Virus record (IMG/VR): IMGVR_UViG_3300030098_004409
Location: 1-64,000 of that record
Direction: 5' to 3' (one strand)
DNA length: 64,000 bases
From: a virus
The notes beneath the pieces were generated by a model. That model was not told the origin of the DNA, did no database searches, and was given only the letters and a program-made list of their open reading frames with translations. Made by a program: the position numbers and the translations under genes. Shown piece after piece: positions 28,261 to 38,848 of the stretch (the stretch's first letter is position 1; each line of letters begins with the position of its first letter).

Positions 28261-28663
28261 GTATTGTACGGTAGGACAGTATCTAGCTGAGATCCTCGTA
28301 CAACGTAAGGCGGAAAAAGAGAACGTAGGTTCCCTGTCTTACAAGTTCTGGAATAAAGCACGCAAAAAGCAGTATGAGCTACAGGTAAAAAAAGTATATC
28401 AACTTATCCGTGTTTTTGGCGAAGAAGCTGTCTATGATTACATTATAAAGAAGAACAAAAGAGTATACAGCGCTGCGCCCAAATGGGTTAAAGACGAGAT
28501 AGAGAAACACAAGAAACGGCTTGACCGAAGACCTAAGAAGAAAAACGCAGAAGTTATTGAAGTCAATAAAGATAACATTGAATCGCAGCCAAGAAAAACA
28601 TTTGGAAGAAAAACACTTTTTACGAAATTGAGGAATACTAATGGCAAAGACAAAGAAGAATGA
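28208..28663 (+). CDS. Basic hypothetical protein
   Basis: Lys/Arg-rich ORF upstream of recA. Confidence 0.7.
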   Translation: MAKQRSQASRFKSPSTGEYCTVGQYLAEILVQRKAEKENVGSLSYKFWNKARKKQYELQVKKVYQLIRVFGEEAVYDYIIKKNKRVYSAAPKWVKDEIEKHKKRLDRRPKKKNAEVIEVNKDNIESQPRKTFGRKTLFTKLRNTNGKDKEE

Positions 28664-29705
28664 CCCATCCTTCATCAAAGATATTGTTAAAAAATATGGT
28701 AACGTAATATCAACGGGAAACCAAATCTTAGAAAGACGAAAAGATTACAAGGTTGTTAGTGTTAGTCCCGCTATTGACTTAGCTCTTAACGGAGGCATAA
28801 AGGAAGGTTCTTGGGTTATCTTGACTGGAGATCCTAAATGTGGCAAGACTACTACCGCCCTACAGATTGCGGCAAATTGCCAAAAAGAAGGAAGGCCAAT
28901 CATATATCTTGATGCTGAAGGCAGGCTTAAAGAAATGAACCTGCTTGGAGTTGATGGTCTCGACAAAGAAAAGATGCAGATCATCCATTCCGAAGATGAA
29001 CCACTCAGCGCTGAAGCATTTTTAGATATTGCTGTCAAGCTAGTTAGCGCAAAAGAAAATGAGGGCTGTGTCTGTATCATCGACTCTACGTCTTCTCTCA
29101 TGCCAGAAAAGGAGCTAGATGGAGATATGACACCCGGTCGTGCCGGACTGCCAAAAATATTGTCGGTGTTCTGTAAGAAAATGGGGCAGATCGTACCCAA
29201 CCAAAAGGCGACTTTAATTATTATCACACACTTCATTGCCAATACCTCTGGCTATGGAGCATCTAGGATGCCAGACTGTGGCAGAAAAATCCAATACCAA
29301 GCCGACACAAGAATGGAGGTAAAGTCCATTAGTCCTTGGGTTCAGAGCGATACTCAAGTTGGACAAGCTGTTAATTGGAAAGTGGTATGCTCATCAATGG
29401 GCTCTCCCGGAACTGAGTGTCAAAGCTGGATTAAATATGGACACGGTATTGATAAGATTCAAGAAATTATCATGCTAGCTTTAGACATTGGACTGATAGC
29501 TAAAGCAGGCGCTTGGTTAACATGCGAGTTCATGCTAGGTCATGCCGATGTAGTTAAAAAAATTAAACCAGAGGTTAACGAAGAAGATTCAGAAGCGGTG
29601 TTGAAAGCCGTCAAGTTTCAGGGTCAGGAGAGGCTATATAATTTTCTGCTTGCAAATGAAGAAGTCTTTGATATACTAGAAAAAGAAATAAAGGGTATGC
29701 TTTAA
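28641..29705 (+). CDS. recA: RecA/UvsX-like recombinase
   Basis: IDLALNGG, GDPKCGKTT Walker A, YLDAE, IIDS, YGHGID, IAKAGAW. Confidence 0.9.
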   Translation: MAKTKKNDPSFIKDIVKKYGNVISTGNQILERRKDYKVVSVSPAIDLALNGGIKEGSWVILTGDPKCGKTTTALQIAANCQKEGRPIIYLDAEGRLKEMNLLGVDGLDKEKMQIIHSEDEPLSAEAFLDIAVKLVSAKENEGCVCIIDSTSSLMPEKELDGDMTPGRAGLPKILSVFCKKMGQIVPNQKATLIIITHFIANTSGYGASRMPDCGRKIQYQADTRMEVKSISPWVQSDTQVGQAVNWKVVCSSMGSPGTECQSWIKYGHGIDKIQEIIMLALDIGLIAKAGAWLTCEFMLGHADVVKKIKPEVNEEDSEAVLKAVKFQGQERLYNFLLANEEVFDILEKEIKGML

Positions 29706-30118
29706 TGTACGTAGAAGGTCTCGATGGCAAAACTTGGAAGTGGAACCCCTCTAGAAGTCAAGCCTCGGTAGATGAAAAAAATAGATCTTCTTTGCATAAA
29801 AAAGCAAGATCCATCTTGAAAGAAGTATATCCTTATGATAGAATACTAGAGGAAGTGACACTGCCGGGAACCAAAACAGGCTCTAGGAGGACGCTTTTGC
29901 ATGCTGATCTATATGTACCTAATAGAGATTTGATTGTAGAAGTACACGGGGAACAGCACTTTAAATTCAATTCATTTTTTCACAAAGATAAGATGGCGTT
30001 TTTTAAAGCTCAGGCAAGAGACAAAGATAAGAGAGCTTGGTGCAAGCTAAACCACATGACTTTGATTGAACTAAACTACGACGAATCTGAAGAAGAATGG
30101 AGAGCAAAATTTGACTAA
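29705..30118 (+). CDS. PD-(D/E)XK / DUF559-like endonuclease
   Basis: ADLYVP...IVEVHGEQH...RDKDK. Confidence 0.7.
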   Translation: MYVEGLDGKTWKWNPSRSQASVDEKNRSSLHKKARSILKEVYPYDRILEEVTLPGTKTGSRRTLLHADLYVPNRDLIVEVHGEQHFKFNSFFHKDKMAFFKAQARDKDKRAWCKLNHMTLIELNYDESEEEWRAKFD

Positions 30119-30578
30119 CGAACAAAAAGCGAATGAATTTCTCCAGAAAGTTGATGACTGGATTGAGGATAGAAACGTAGACCTAACAAAGGCTAACGAA
30201 GAAGTCGATGGAATTATGGCTTTAACAGTGCCAGAGCTAAGATCTTTGGATCAGCAAAAGGCACTTTCTTTTAGTTTTGTTTTGTTTTCACATGCAGAAT
30301 ATTTGCAGTCTCTACATAATAAAGAGAAGACCGTAGTTAATTTTTGTACGGATAGCATTTGGTTTATAGTGGCAGATAAAATGGATAATTACGGTGGCCA
30401 GTACGCCAAATGGGAAGTAAGATATTACTCTGCCATCAAAGAAAACCCGATGGCGTCAGAGTTAAACAGATTGAAATTATCGGCTGAGGCCAGAGTGAAT
30501 CGAATATCAGGAAAGATTGACTCAGTAAAAAAGATGGCGACAGTCCTTCATGATATTGGAAAAAGACGAGGTTATTAA
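30111..30578 (+). CDS. Hypothetical helical protein (possible recombination mediator)
   Basis: Coiled helical composition near recA; function is inference only. Confidence 0.55.
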   Translation: MTNEQKANEFLQKVDDWIEDRNVDLTKANEEVDGIMALTVPELRSLDQQKALSFSFVLFSHAEYLQSLHNKEKTVVNFCTDSIWFIVADKMDNYGGQYAKWEVRYYSAIKENPMASELNRLKLSAEARVNRISGKIDSVKKMATVLHDIGKRRGY

Positions 30579-31018
30579 TGAGCATCATACAGACAGCTAA
30601 AGACCTTCTGAGAAAAGGTATAGCACTTAACGACGAAGAATTAATACAAATGGCAAACTCTCTCTTGACCGAACAAGGGGATTCCGAAACACCTGTCCAG
30701 CCTGTAAAAGAAGAGGTTGTTACGCGGGATTCTTCGGTTGAGAGAGCCTCTGCCGATGACTTTACGGTTAAAAGAGAGCAGCCGCAACAAAGAAAAGTCC
30801 CTGTTAATGGAATGGGATCTAGAAAAAATACTTTTGTAGATGATGGAACAGAACACACCGATATCGAAACACCAGACTTCGTACCAACAGAAAGGCGACA
30901 GGCGCCTAAAAAAGTCAAGCAGTTCTGTGAAACTTGCTCAAAGACATTTGAGGTTCCAGAAGTTCACCGGAGAGAATGGTTTGTCTGCGATAAGTGTCTA
31001 GAGAACAGAAGAAGATAA
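30578..31018 (+). CDS. Hypothetical protein with C-terminal zinc finger
   Basis: CETC...CDKC. Confidence 0.7.
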   Translation: MSIIQTAKDLLRKGIALNDEELIQMANSLLTEQGDSETPVQPVKEEVVTRDSSVERASADDFTVKREQPQQRKVPVNGMGSRKNTFVDDGTEHTDIETPDFVPTERRQAPKKVKQFCETCSKTFEVPEVHRREWFVCDKCLENRRR

Positions 31019-31041
31019 CATAATTTTTAAAAGGAACTATA

Positions 31042-31398
31042 ATGTTTAAGAATAGATTACAAGAAATCATTGCTGAGCGAAGAGCAGCAAGAAACCAAAC
31101 CGACGACCCAGCAGAGCAAGGTACTGATGAATCAGCCTCTACTGCTAGAACTAGAGGGGAAATTAGGCGTGACGCTAAGGAAGAGAAAAAAGAAGAGCGT
31201 CAGGAAAAAGTTAAGGAGCGACGAGAATACCGATTAGAGAAGCTCAATGCGATTAAAGAGAAATTTTATGCAGTTGCTTCCAAGAGAAAGTGGTTGTTTT
31301 TTATCATCGCAGGTGCTATAGTAGCATACCTAGTTATCTTCAAAGGTGGTTTTGGAGGTGGTGACATTTTAACTAAGATCAAAGGATTTTTTGGATAA
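31042..31398 (+). CDS. Charged coiled-coil protein with C-terminal TM helix
   Basis: WLFFIIAGAIVAYLVIF; AAGGA SD. Confidence 0.7.
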   Translation: MFKNRLQEIIAERRAARNQTDDPAEQGTDESASTARTRGEIRRDAKEEKKEERQEKVKERREYRLEKLNAIKEKFYAVASKRKWLFFIIAGAIVAYLVIFKGGFGGGDILTKIKGFFG

Positions 31399-31496
31399 TG
31401 AAAAAAGCACTAACTTTAGAATGGAAAGATTTTTTGTTGGGCGTATTTTTAAGCGCAACTATTTGTATGGGATTCTATATCTTTAGAGGGATGTAA
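31398..31496 (+). CDS. Small membrane peptide, 32 aa (not in ORF track)
   Basis: TAATG coupling at both ends; MKKALTLEWKDFLLGVFLSATICMGFYIFRGM. Confidence 0.55.
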   Translation: MKKALTLEWKDFLLGVFLSATICMGFYIFRGM

Positions 31497-31663
31497 TGAA
31501 CTTAGGTATGCTCGCAATTACCACAGCCTCAATAATGTATTTGGTTGTGTGTACTTCTTGTATAAAACAAAAGGATTATCCACATGCTCTCATGTGGTTT
31601 TCTTATGCGATGGCTAATATTGGATTATTATGGTACGAGATCAAAAAGATAAGCGCAAATTAG
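31496..31663 (+). CDS. Small two-helix membrane protein, 55 aa (not in ORF track)
   Basis: MNLGMLAITTASIMYLVVCTSCIKQKDYPHALMWFSYAMANIGLLWYEIKKISAN; TAATG coupling. Confidence 0.6.
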   Translation: MNLGMLAITTASIMYLVVCTSCIKQKDYPHALMWFSYAMANIGLLWYEIKKISAN

Positions 31664-33108
31664 AAGACTTAGCCGCAGAGAGGGCTGTGCTATCTGGCTT
31701 ATGTCAGTACGGCCTTGATGCTTTGCTGGAGTCTGACTATCTTGAAGCGGAACACTTCACAGACGTAACAAATCAGATGCTGTTTAAGTGTGTCAAAAAG
31801 TCTCTTCAGGATGTAAATAAGGTAGAGTTGTCATCAATTCTTTCTGCCGCTAATCAGCTTGGCTTTTATGAAAATATAAACAACCAAGAAGAGGTAGGTT
31901 TTCTCAGGTCTCTGTTCAACTTTCCAATACATAAAGAAAATGTTGGATTCCACGCTGCGAAGTTAGCTAAGCTGCAAATCGCCAGAGATGTCAAAAAAAC
32001 TCTAGCTGTTTGCTCAACTAGAATAGATAAGATAACTGGCGATGAAGATATTAATGATATCATTTCGATTATAGAAACGCCCGTTCTGGATGCTACTGCC
32101 AAAATATACCAAAGGTCTGACAATAAACCAGAGGTTATTGGTAACGAAGTAGCCGACTATGTTGAGTTCTTATCTGAGAATAAGAGCGACATGCTTGGTA
32201 TCAGCACAGGATTTCCAATTTATGACGAAGCGATAGGCGGTGGTCTCCGCAGGAAGTGTGTTGATCTAATTGCCGCAAGACCAAAGGTTGGTAAGTCGAT
32301 GTTTGGAGATGCCGTTGCTATGCACGTATCAAAAAACTTAGATATTCCCGTACTTGTACTAGATACAGAAATGTCTAAAGAAGACCATCTGAATAGGATG
32401 CTCGCAAATATCAGCGGTGTAGAGATAAATACAATATCAAGCGGTAAGTTTGCAGATAATGAACTCAATCTTGAAAAAGTTGAGATGGCAGCGAAGCAAC
32501 TTGAAGAAATTCCTTACCACTATGTTAGTATCGCTGGTCAGCCTTTTGAGAACATATTGAGTATTATGCGTAAGTGGATATATCAAGAGGTTGGATTTGA
32601 CGAGACTGGCAGAACTAAAGATTGCTTAATAGTATATGATTATCTCAAGCTAATGAACTCTGATAGTATTTCTAACTCTATGCAAGAGTTTCAAGTCTTG
32701 GGCTTTCAAATAACACAGCTACATAATTTCTGTGTTAAATATGATGTCCCCTGTCTAAGCTTTGTACAGCTAAACAGGGATGGTATTACAAAGGAGTCAA
32801 CAGACGTAGTTTCTGGGTCAGATAGGCTAATTTGGCTTTGTACTAGCTTCTCTATATTTAAGATGAAGTCAGATGAGGAAATTGCCGATGATGATGAAGA
32901 CAATGGTAATAGAAAGTTAGTTCCTATTGTAGCTCGACATGGTGCAGGATTGGACGATGGCGACTATATAAATATGAACATGTTTGGTAAGTTTGGCAAG
33001 TTGGTAGAGGGAGAGACTAGAAATGCTCTGAGAAAGAACTCTACCGTTCGAGATAAAGGTTTTGTTTCCGAAGATGGAGAGCAACCAACAAATATTGAAG
33101 ATCTCTAA
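31630..33108 (+). CDS. dnaB: Replicative DNA helicase
   Basis: AERAVL N-terminus, GISTGF, AARPKVGKS, TEMS, YDYLKL, QLNR. Confidence 0.93.
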   Translation: MVRDQKDKRKLEDLAAERAVLSGLCQYGLDALLESDYLEAEHFTDVTNQMLFKCVKKSLQDVNKVELSSILSAANQLGFYENINNQEEVGFLRSLFNFPIHKENVGFHAAKLAKLQIARDVKKTLAVCSTRIDKITGDEDINDIISIIETPVLDATAKIYQRSDNKPEVIGNEVADYVEFLSENKSDMLGISTGFPIYDEAIGGGLRRKCVDLIAARPKVGKSMFGDAVAMHVSKNLDIPVLVLDTEMSKEDHLNRMLANISGVEINTISSGKFADNELNLEKVEMAAKQLEEIPYHYVSIAGQPFENILSIMRKWIYQEVGFDETGRTKDCLIVYDYLKLMNSDSISNSMQEFQVLGFQITQLHNFCVKYDVPCLSFVQLNRDGITKESTDVVSGSDRLIWLCTSFSIFKMKSDEEIADDDEDNGNRKLVPIVARHGAGLDDGDYINMNMFGKFGKLVEGETRNALRKNSTVRDKGFVSEDGEQPTNIEDL

Positions 33109-34114
33109 TCAGCTATTCTCAAAGCTTCCTGAGCTATTGAAATATCTTGAAATTGATTTTATTGAGTACCCTAATAGATATGCTTTTGCATGTCCAATTC
33201 ATGGCGGAGACAATCCAGAAGGGTGCTGCATTTTTCTAGATGGCAATAGCGTAAAAGGCAACTGGAACTGTTGGACAAATCACTGCGAGTCAGATCATGG
33301 TAGAAATCTATTTGGGTTCGTAAAAGGTGTTCTAGCAAATAGAGCCGATGGTAATCCTAATATATATGAAACAGTTAAGTTTTGCATGGACTTTCTTGGG
33401 CTGAGCGAATCTGAACTTAAAGATATTAAAAATGTAGACTCTAATAATGACCTAAAATTACTTGAAATTTTCCACAGAGATCCAGAAAGATCAAGTCCCG
33501 CCGTAGACAGGAATCTAATTTTACAGGAATTAAATATACCAGCTAATTATTATATTAATAGGGGCTATAGTGAGGAAGTTCTTACAAAATTCGATGTAGG
33601 ACTTTGCAATAAAAAAAATAAGCCAATGTCTAATAGAGTTGTTGTTCCAATCTACGATGAAGGCTATAATTATATTGGATGCATAGGTAGGTCAGTCTAT
33701 GAAAATATGAAACCAAAATGGCTGCACAGTAGAGGATTTAGAAAAAGCTCTTATCTGTACGGCCTTAATTTGTCGAAAGACAAAATACTAGAAACAGGAA
33801 CTGCGTTTGTCGTTGAGGGGCAAGGTGATGTATGGAGATTACACGAAGCTGGAATACAAAACTGTGTCGGCATATTCGGAGCGAACATGAGCGATGACCA
33901 ACTAGTATTACTAGAAAAAAGCGGAGCTTTGAATCTAGTCGTCCTGACAGACTATGATGAGGCTGGTCACAGGGCAGCAGATCAGATAATGAAGAAATGC
34001 GGTAGGCGCTTTAACTATTACAGGCCAGACATATCCCATAAAGATATTGGTGATATGACGGTAGAACAAATAAATAATGAAATACTTGAACAGTTAGAAG
34101 GAGTATTAGTATGA
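33074..34114 (+). CDS. dnaG: DNA primase (Zn finger + TOPRIM)
   Basis: CPIHGGDNP...WNCWT..C; VVEGQGD; DYDEAG. Confidence 0.9.
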   Translation: MESNQQILKISNQLFSKLPELLKYLEIDFIEYPNRYAFACPIHGGDNPEGCCIFLDGNSVKGNWNCWTNHCESDHGRNLFGFVKGVLANRADGNPNIYETVKFCMDFLGLSESELKDIKNVDSNNDLKLLEIFHRDPERSSPAVDRNLILQELNIPANYYINRGYSEEVLTKFDVGLCNKKNKPMSNRVVVPIYDEGYNYIGCIGRSVYENMKPKWLHSRGFRKSSYLYGLNLSKDKILETGTAFVVEGQGDVWRLHEAGIQNCVGIFGANMSDDQLVLLEKSGALNLVVLTDYDEAGHRAADQIMKKCGRRFNYYRPDISHKDIGDMTVEQINNEILEQLEGVLV

Positions 34115-34941
34115 CTAGGATTTTGGCATTTGCGGGTAAGAAACAGTCCGGCAAAAACTCATGTTGTTCGTTCTTACATGGATATCAGATGAGGTCCTAC
34201 AATATTGTAGACGGTTTTGACCTTAGCACTGATGGGCATCTTGTCATAGATACGTCCTCAGTAGATGAAAACGGAGAAAGGAAGGTTACAAAAGGAGCGC
34301 TAGATGTGACCCGTACAGACCTTGAGTTTGGTATGTGGGCAGCAGAAAGCATGTGGCCATTCATCAAGCATTATTCTTTTGCCTCATCTCTTAAGGAGAT
34401 AGCTACCGGACTTTTTGGCCTAACGAAACCACAGTGTTACGGCACAGATTTAGACAAGAATAGCTTGACTTGGATTAGATGGGAAGATATGCCCGGCTAT
34501 CAAGGCGAAAACGAAGGCAGAATGACAGCTAGGGAGTTTCTGCAACACTTTGGTACGGATATCTGCCGCAAGATTCATCCAGATATCTGGACTGATAGGA
34601 CGCTACGCAATATTAGAGAGGAAGAATCCCTGCTGGCCGTCATTTCCGATTGCAGATTTCCTAATGAGGCCGAAGCCGTTCAGAGAGCTGGCGGAAAAGT
34701 TATACGTCTAACAAGAGGTGACGATGCAAATGATCTCCACTCTAGCGAGCTAGAAGTAGACAATATAAATTATGATGCTATAATTGACAACAAAGACCTT
34801 AGTCTTATTGAAACAAATAAAGAAGTTATCTCTCTATTAGAAAAATGGGGTTGGCTGGGAGATGTAATACAGCCCGTAGTGCCGGAGCCGGTTGAGGATA
34901 AACCTGAACTTGTTGGTGGCATCAAGAAAATCAAGGAATAA
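34111..34941 (+). CDS. Deoxynucleoside monophosphate kinase
   Basis: GKKQSGKN, FASSLK, REFLQHFGTD, SDCRFPNE. Confidence 0.88.
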   Translation: MTRILAFAGKKQSGKNSCCSFLHGYQMRSYNIVDGFDLSTDGHLVIDTSSVDENGERKVTKGALDVTRTDLEFGMWAAESMWPFIKHYSFASSLKEIATGLFGLTKPQCYGTDLDKNSLTWIRWEDMPGYQGENEGRMTAREFLQHFGTDICRKIHPDIWTDRTLRNIREEESLLAVISDCRFPNEAEAVQRAGGKVIRLTRGDDANDLHSSELEVDNINYDAIIDNKDLSLIETNKEVISLLEKWGWLGDVIQPVVPEPVEDKPELVGGIKKIKE

Positions 34942-34943
34942 AC

Positions 34944-35957
34944 ATGTTAGTTACTTATATACGTAGCTCTAGTTACAACAACTTTGAATATTGTCAAATG
35001 CAATACTTTATGACCTATGTTTTGGGTCACCAAAGTGTGTCTGGCAAAAAGGCTCAGCTAGGAACGGTTGTCCATAAAGTTATGGAAGTTCTAGCTGGCT
35101 GCAAAAAACTACACCAAGACAAGGCCGAGCTATTGCTTGAGGATGACGCTATCGGAGAGGTCGAGTTCACTAAACGTAAACTCGGAACAAAGAAATTTGT
35201 AAACGAAATCCTTAAGCGTAGCTACGACCATTACACATCTAACTGTACTCATCATTACACTAATGCTGATTATAAGTTTTGTGACAAAACAACTTGGGAA
35301 GCGTTGACCTATGATGATGGAATCTTTGATCCTCGCAACAGAAATATTGTAGCGGCTGAACCACAATTTGATATTGCTATAGAAGAGGACTGGGCCAAAT
35401 ATGAGTACGATATGCCAGACGGAACTACCGTTGAGGGTCGGCTAGCTATTAAAGGCACTATTGACTTAGTGACCGAAGTTGATGACGGAGTTATCGAAGT
35501 TATCGACTGGAAGACGGGGCGCAGACTTAACTGGGCTACAGGAGAAGAGAAGACTTATGAGAAGCTGTGTAAAGACCCACAGTTAATGCTGTATCATTAT
35601 GCAATTTCTAAGCTTTTCCCTGAATATGAAGATGCGATTATGTCGATATACTTTATCAGGGATGGTGGGCCGTTTAGTATTTGTTTTGAGGAAAGCGACA
35701 GACAAAAATTCTTAGGCATGCTCAAAGATAGGTTTGAAGAAATTAAGAAAACAACTAGACCAAGAATGTTATCCAGAAACCAGTCTCACTGGAAGTGCCA
35801 AAAGCTTTGCGACTTCTGCAAAAAAGACTGGCCCGGAACTAATGAAAGCATGTGTAGGCATGTAAGCAATCACTTAGATCAGTTTGGGATGCTGGATACA
35901 ATACAGAACTGTACAAGAGAAGGATTTGATGTTGGATATTATGAGGCACCGGGATAA
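34944..35957 (+). CDS. PD-(D/E)XK exonuclease (AddB/Cas4-like, probable Fe-S)
   Basis: GTVVH, GTIDL, IDWKTG, QLMLY; an N-terminal Cys plus a C-terminal Cys cluster. Confidence 0.85.
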   Translation: MLVTYIRSSSYNNFEYCQMQYFMTYVLGHQSVSGKKAQLGTVVHKVMEVLAGCKKLHQDKAELLLEDDAIGEVEFTKRKLGTKKFVNEILKRSYDHYTSNCTHHYTNADYKFCDKTTWEALTYDDGIFDPRNRNIVAAEPQFDIAIEEDWAKYEYDMPDGTTVEGRLAIKGTIDLVTEVDDGVIEVIDWKTGRRLNWATGEEKTYEKLCKDPQLMLYHYAISKLFPEYEDAIMSIYFIRDGGPFSICFEESDRQKFLGMLKDRFEEIKKTTRPRMLSRNQSHWKCQKLCDFCKKDWPGTNESMCRHVSNHLDQFGMLDTIQNCTREGFDVGYYEAPG

Positions 35958-36457
35958 TGATTGAAATAAAAATTACAGAAGAAATGAAGAAGCGCGCTTG
36001 GGCTAAGTCTAGAGAGATGGGTGTAATACGCAACTCCATCATGAAGGGCGGCGGAAATATTGCAGGTTTTTTAGGAGAAGAGGTTGCAAACGTAGTTATT
36101 GATGGTACAATTAATAACACATATGATTACGACATAGTTTCTAAGTCGGGTATCAAGTACGATGTCAAGACAAAGAGATGCACCTCAGAACCTAAACCGT
36201 TCTACGAGTGTTCAGTTGCTAATTTTAACACAAAACAAAAATGCGACAGGTACGCATTTGTTAGAATTGAAAACAAGAACAAGCGATGGGGCAGAGCTTG
36301 GGTCTTAGGATGGCTAGAGCACGATGAATATTTTGAGAAAGCCAAGAAATTGACTAAAGGCCAGATAGACCCTTCCAATGGCTTTATCGTTAGGGCTGAC
36401 TGCTACAATGTTGCAATCTCAGATTTAAAAAGATTTAGACACAGAAAGACTAAATAG
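35957..36457 (+). CDS. Conserved phage protein, restriction-endonuclease-like fold
   Basis: GFLGEE...YDYD...DVKTK. Confidence 0.6.
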   Translation: MIEIKITEEMKKRAWAKSREMGVIRNSIMKGGGNIAGFLGEEVANVVIDGTINNTYDYDIVSKSGIKYDVKTKRCTSEPKPFYECSVANFNTKQKCDRYAFVRIENKNKRWGRAWVLGWLEHDEYFEKAKKLTKGQIDPSNGFIVRADCYNVAISDLKRFRHRKTK

Positions 36458-36467
36458 GATTACTTGA

Positions 36468-38039
36468 ATGAGCTGGACTCCTTTAAACGTAAAAACTCAC
36501 TTCAGTCTACAGCGAGGCTTCTCAAAGCCAGACAAGTTAGCCAAGAAGTGTAAAGAGTTTGGATACAAAGCGTGCGCAATCACTGATATTAACACTATAT
36601 CAGGGGCAGTTACATTTTACAAAGAGTGCAAGAAGAACGATATTAAGCCCATTATGGGATGTACTCTAGAGTTTGATAACGGCAAAAAGAAAACTGTTAT
36701 CGCTAAGAATAAAGCTGGCTGGTATGCGCTGATTGACCTTGTTTCCAAGAAGAATATGTATGAAGATGATGTAGTGTATAAACTAACGGAAGCTTCGCTT
36801 GATAAAAATCTTATCTGCATAGACGGACTAAAGCAATATTCTGCATACTACGTAGAAGAGAATGAGGCAGAGGTTCATAGAATACTTTTGTGTTCAGGTA
36901 TGAAGACTACAATGTCTAAGGTCAAAGGTAAGCTGGACTCTTTCAAGCACTTGAAGCCCTTTTTCTCATCAGACAAGTTTTACTTGCCGACTATAGAAGA
37001 GGTCAAGTCTAAGTACACTGACGAACAGATTGCTATGAGCAATGAAATAGCAGATCAGTGCGAGGAATACGACATTCTGGGCCAGCCAATGCTGCCTGAG
37101 TTCGACTGTCCAGAAGGATACACCGAAGACGAATATCTTAAGCAGCTATGTAGAGATGGTTGGCGAACTTTACTCGCTGAAACTGGCAAGGTAGATGACG
37201 ACCAAAAAAAGCAAGAGTATCTCGATAGAATCAAGAATGAGATGGACGTTATTTTTGATGCTAGTCTGTCTGGATACTTCTTGATCGTTCAAGATATTGT
37301 TAATTTTGTTAGAGAACAGGGTTGGTTGCCGGGTCCGGGAAGAGGCTCTGCAGCAGGCTGCCTGATTTCTTATTTGATTGGTATTACAGAGATTGATCCT
37401 ATTGAATATGATTTAATTTTTGAAAGATTCTACAATGCTGGTCGTAACACTGAAGACCATGTATCGTTACCTGATATTGATTTGGATGTACCAGCAGAAA
37501 AACGTGACGAAGTTATTGGATATATTAAGACAAAATATGGCGAAGATAACGTATCGCAAATGATTACATTTAATAAGTTGCAGGGTCGCGCCGCCCTTAA
37601 AGAAGTAATGAGAATCAATAGTAATGTTTCTTTCTCTGAGATGAATGAGCTTACCAAAAACATTCCTAACGAAGCAGACGTTTCAGACCTTTTAGAGCAG
37701 AGTGGGGAGAAGTCTTTAATTAAATGGACTTTGCTGTATCAACCAGACATTTTAGACAGATGGTGTAAAGTCAACAGCGAAGACGACCTAATTGGGCCTC
37801 TATCATCTGTATTTCAGCAGGCTATGGACATTGAAGGTACTATAAAATCTCAGGGCAAGCACGCTGCTGGAGTGATCATATCATCAAACAAACTAAATGA
37901 AGTTTGTCCGATGGTGCAAGACAAAAATAATAATCTTGTCGCCGGCTTTGAAATGGGAGACCTCGAAGAGCAGGGGCATGTTAAATTCGATATATTAGGT
38001 ATTGACCTATTAAGTAAAATAATGGAGATAAAAGAATGA
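36468..38039 (+). CDS. dnaE: DNA polymerase III alpha, N-terminal part (degenerate PHP + palm/thumb)
   Basis: GPGRGSAAG, FERF, PDIDLD, GKHAAG; ends just after KFDILG. Confidence 0.93.
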   Translation: MSWTPLNVKTHFSLQRGFSKPDKLAKKCKEFGYKACAITDINTISGAVTFYKECKKNDIKPIMGCTLEFDNGKKKTVIAKNKAGWYALIDLVSKKNMYEDDVVYKLTEASLDKNLICIDGLKQYSAYYVEENEAEVHRILLCSGMKTTMSKVKGKLDSFKHLKPFFSSDKFYLPTIEEVKSKYTDEQIAMSNEIADQCEEYDILGQPMLPEFDCPEGYTEDEYLKQLCRDGWRTLLAETGKVDDDQKKQEYLDRIKNEMDVIFDASLSGYFLIVQDIVNFVREQGWLPGPGRGSAAGCLISYLIGITEIDPIEYDLIFERFYNAGRNTEDHVSLPDIDLDVPAEKRDEVIGYIKTKYGEDNVSQMITFNKLQGRAALKEVMRINSNVSFSEMNELTKNIPNEADVSDLLEQSGEKSLIKWTLLYQPDILDRWCKVNSEDDLIGPLSSVFQQAMDIEGTIKSQGKHAAGVIISSNKLNEVCPMVQDKNNNLVAGFEMGDLEEQGHVKFDILGIDLLSKIMEIKE

Positions 38040-38848
38040 ATGTTGGAGTAGTTGGTTTAGGTTTCGTGGGTGGAGCCGTAAGCGGATATTTTGAATCATA
38101 TGGCGACACTGTGTATGGCTACGACATTAAATCTGGTCTAGCAATAAACAATGAATACACTAAGATAGTTGAGAACTGTGAAATAATCTTTGTGTGCTTG
38201 CCTACCCCTAAATCTGACGATGGCAGTTGCGATACAAGTATTGTTCATGATGCGTTGTGCAGATTAGATTATATTGCCGGAGAGCTGAGGAAGAGCCCTA
38301 TGGTACTAATAAAGTCTACTTTGGTTCCCGGAACGATCAAAAAATTCGTAGAAGAATCGCACAGTATCCGAGTTATTTCAAATCCTGAGTTCTTAACAGA
38401 ACGAAACGCCGCTGAGGATTATCGGGACTCAAAAACTGTCTTAATTGGAAACGACTACGGCGAAGCAGAAGATTTAGCATTGCGCCTTTTCTTCAGAGAG
38501 CGATGGCCAGCGGCACATATTTATGTTGTCAGCTCCATAGAGGCCGAGTTATCTAAGTACCTTACTAACTCATATTTCTCAGTAAAAGTCTCCGTTGCTA
38601 ATCATATCTACGCCTTATGTCAAGAGCTAGGTGTTGACTATAACAAGTTCATTGAATCAGCAATAGGTGCGGACCCCAGAATCGAAAGAACACACTGGAC
38701 GGTTCCGGGGCCAGATGGAAAGTTAGGTTTTGGTGGATCTTGCTTCCCTAAAGACCTTAGCGGGATGATTCACATTTTAGAAGAAAATAATTTACCTGCG
38801 GATGTTTTTAAGGCCGCTATGGAATATAATAAGAAAGTGAGAGGCTAA
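38036..38848 (+). CDS. UDP-glucose/GDP-mannose dehydrogenase family, short form lacking C-terminal domain
   Basis: GLGFVG, CLPTP, KST, NPEFL, GFGGSCFPKD. Confidence 0.88.
   Translation: MNVGVVGLGFVGGAVSGYFESYGDTVYGYDIKSGLAINNEYTKIVENCEIIFVCLPTPKSDDGSCDTSIVHDALCRLDYIAGELRKSPMVLIKSTLVPGTIKKFVEESHSIRVISNPEFLTERNAAEDYRDSKTVLIGNDYGEAEDLALRLFFRERWPAAHIYVVSSIEAELSKYLTNSYFSVKVSVANHIYALCQELGVDYNKFIESAIGADPRIERTHWTVPGPDGKLGFGGSCFPKDLSGMIHILEENNLPADVFKAAMEYNKKVRG

Noticed and set aside
34944-35957. Cas4-like nuclease as a sign of CRISPR-Cas
   Set aside because: No repeat-spacer array or other cas genes are visible; such nucleases are common in phage replication modules
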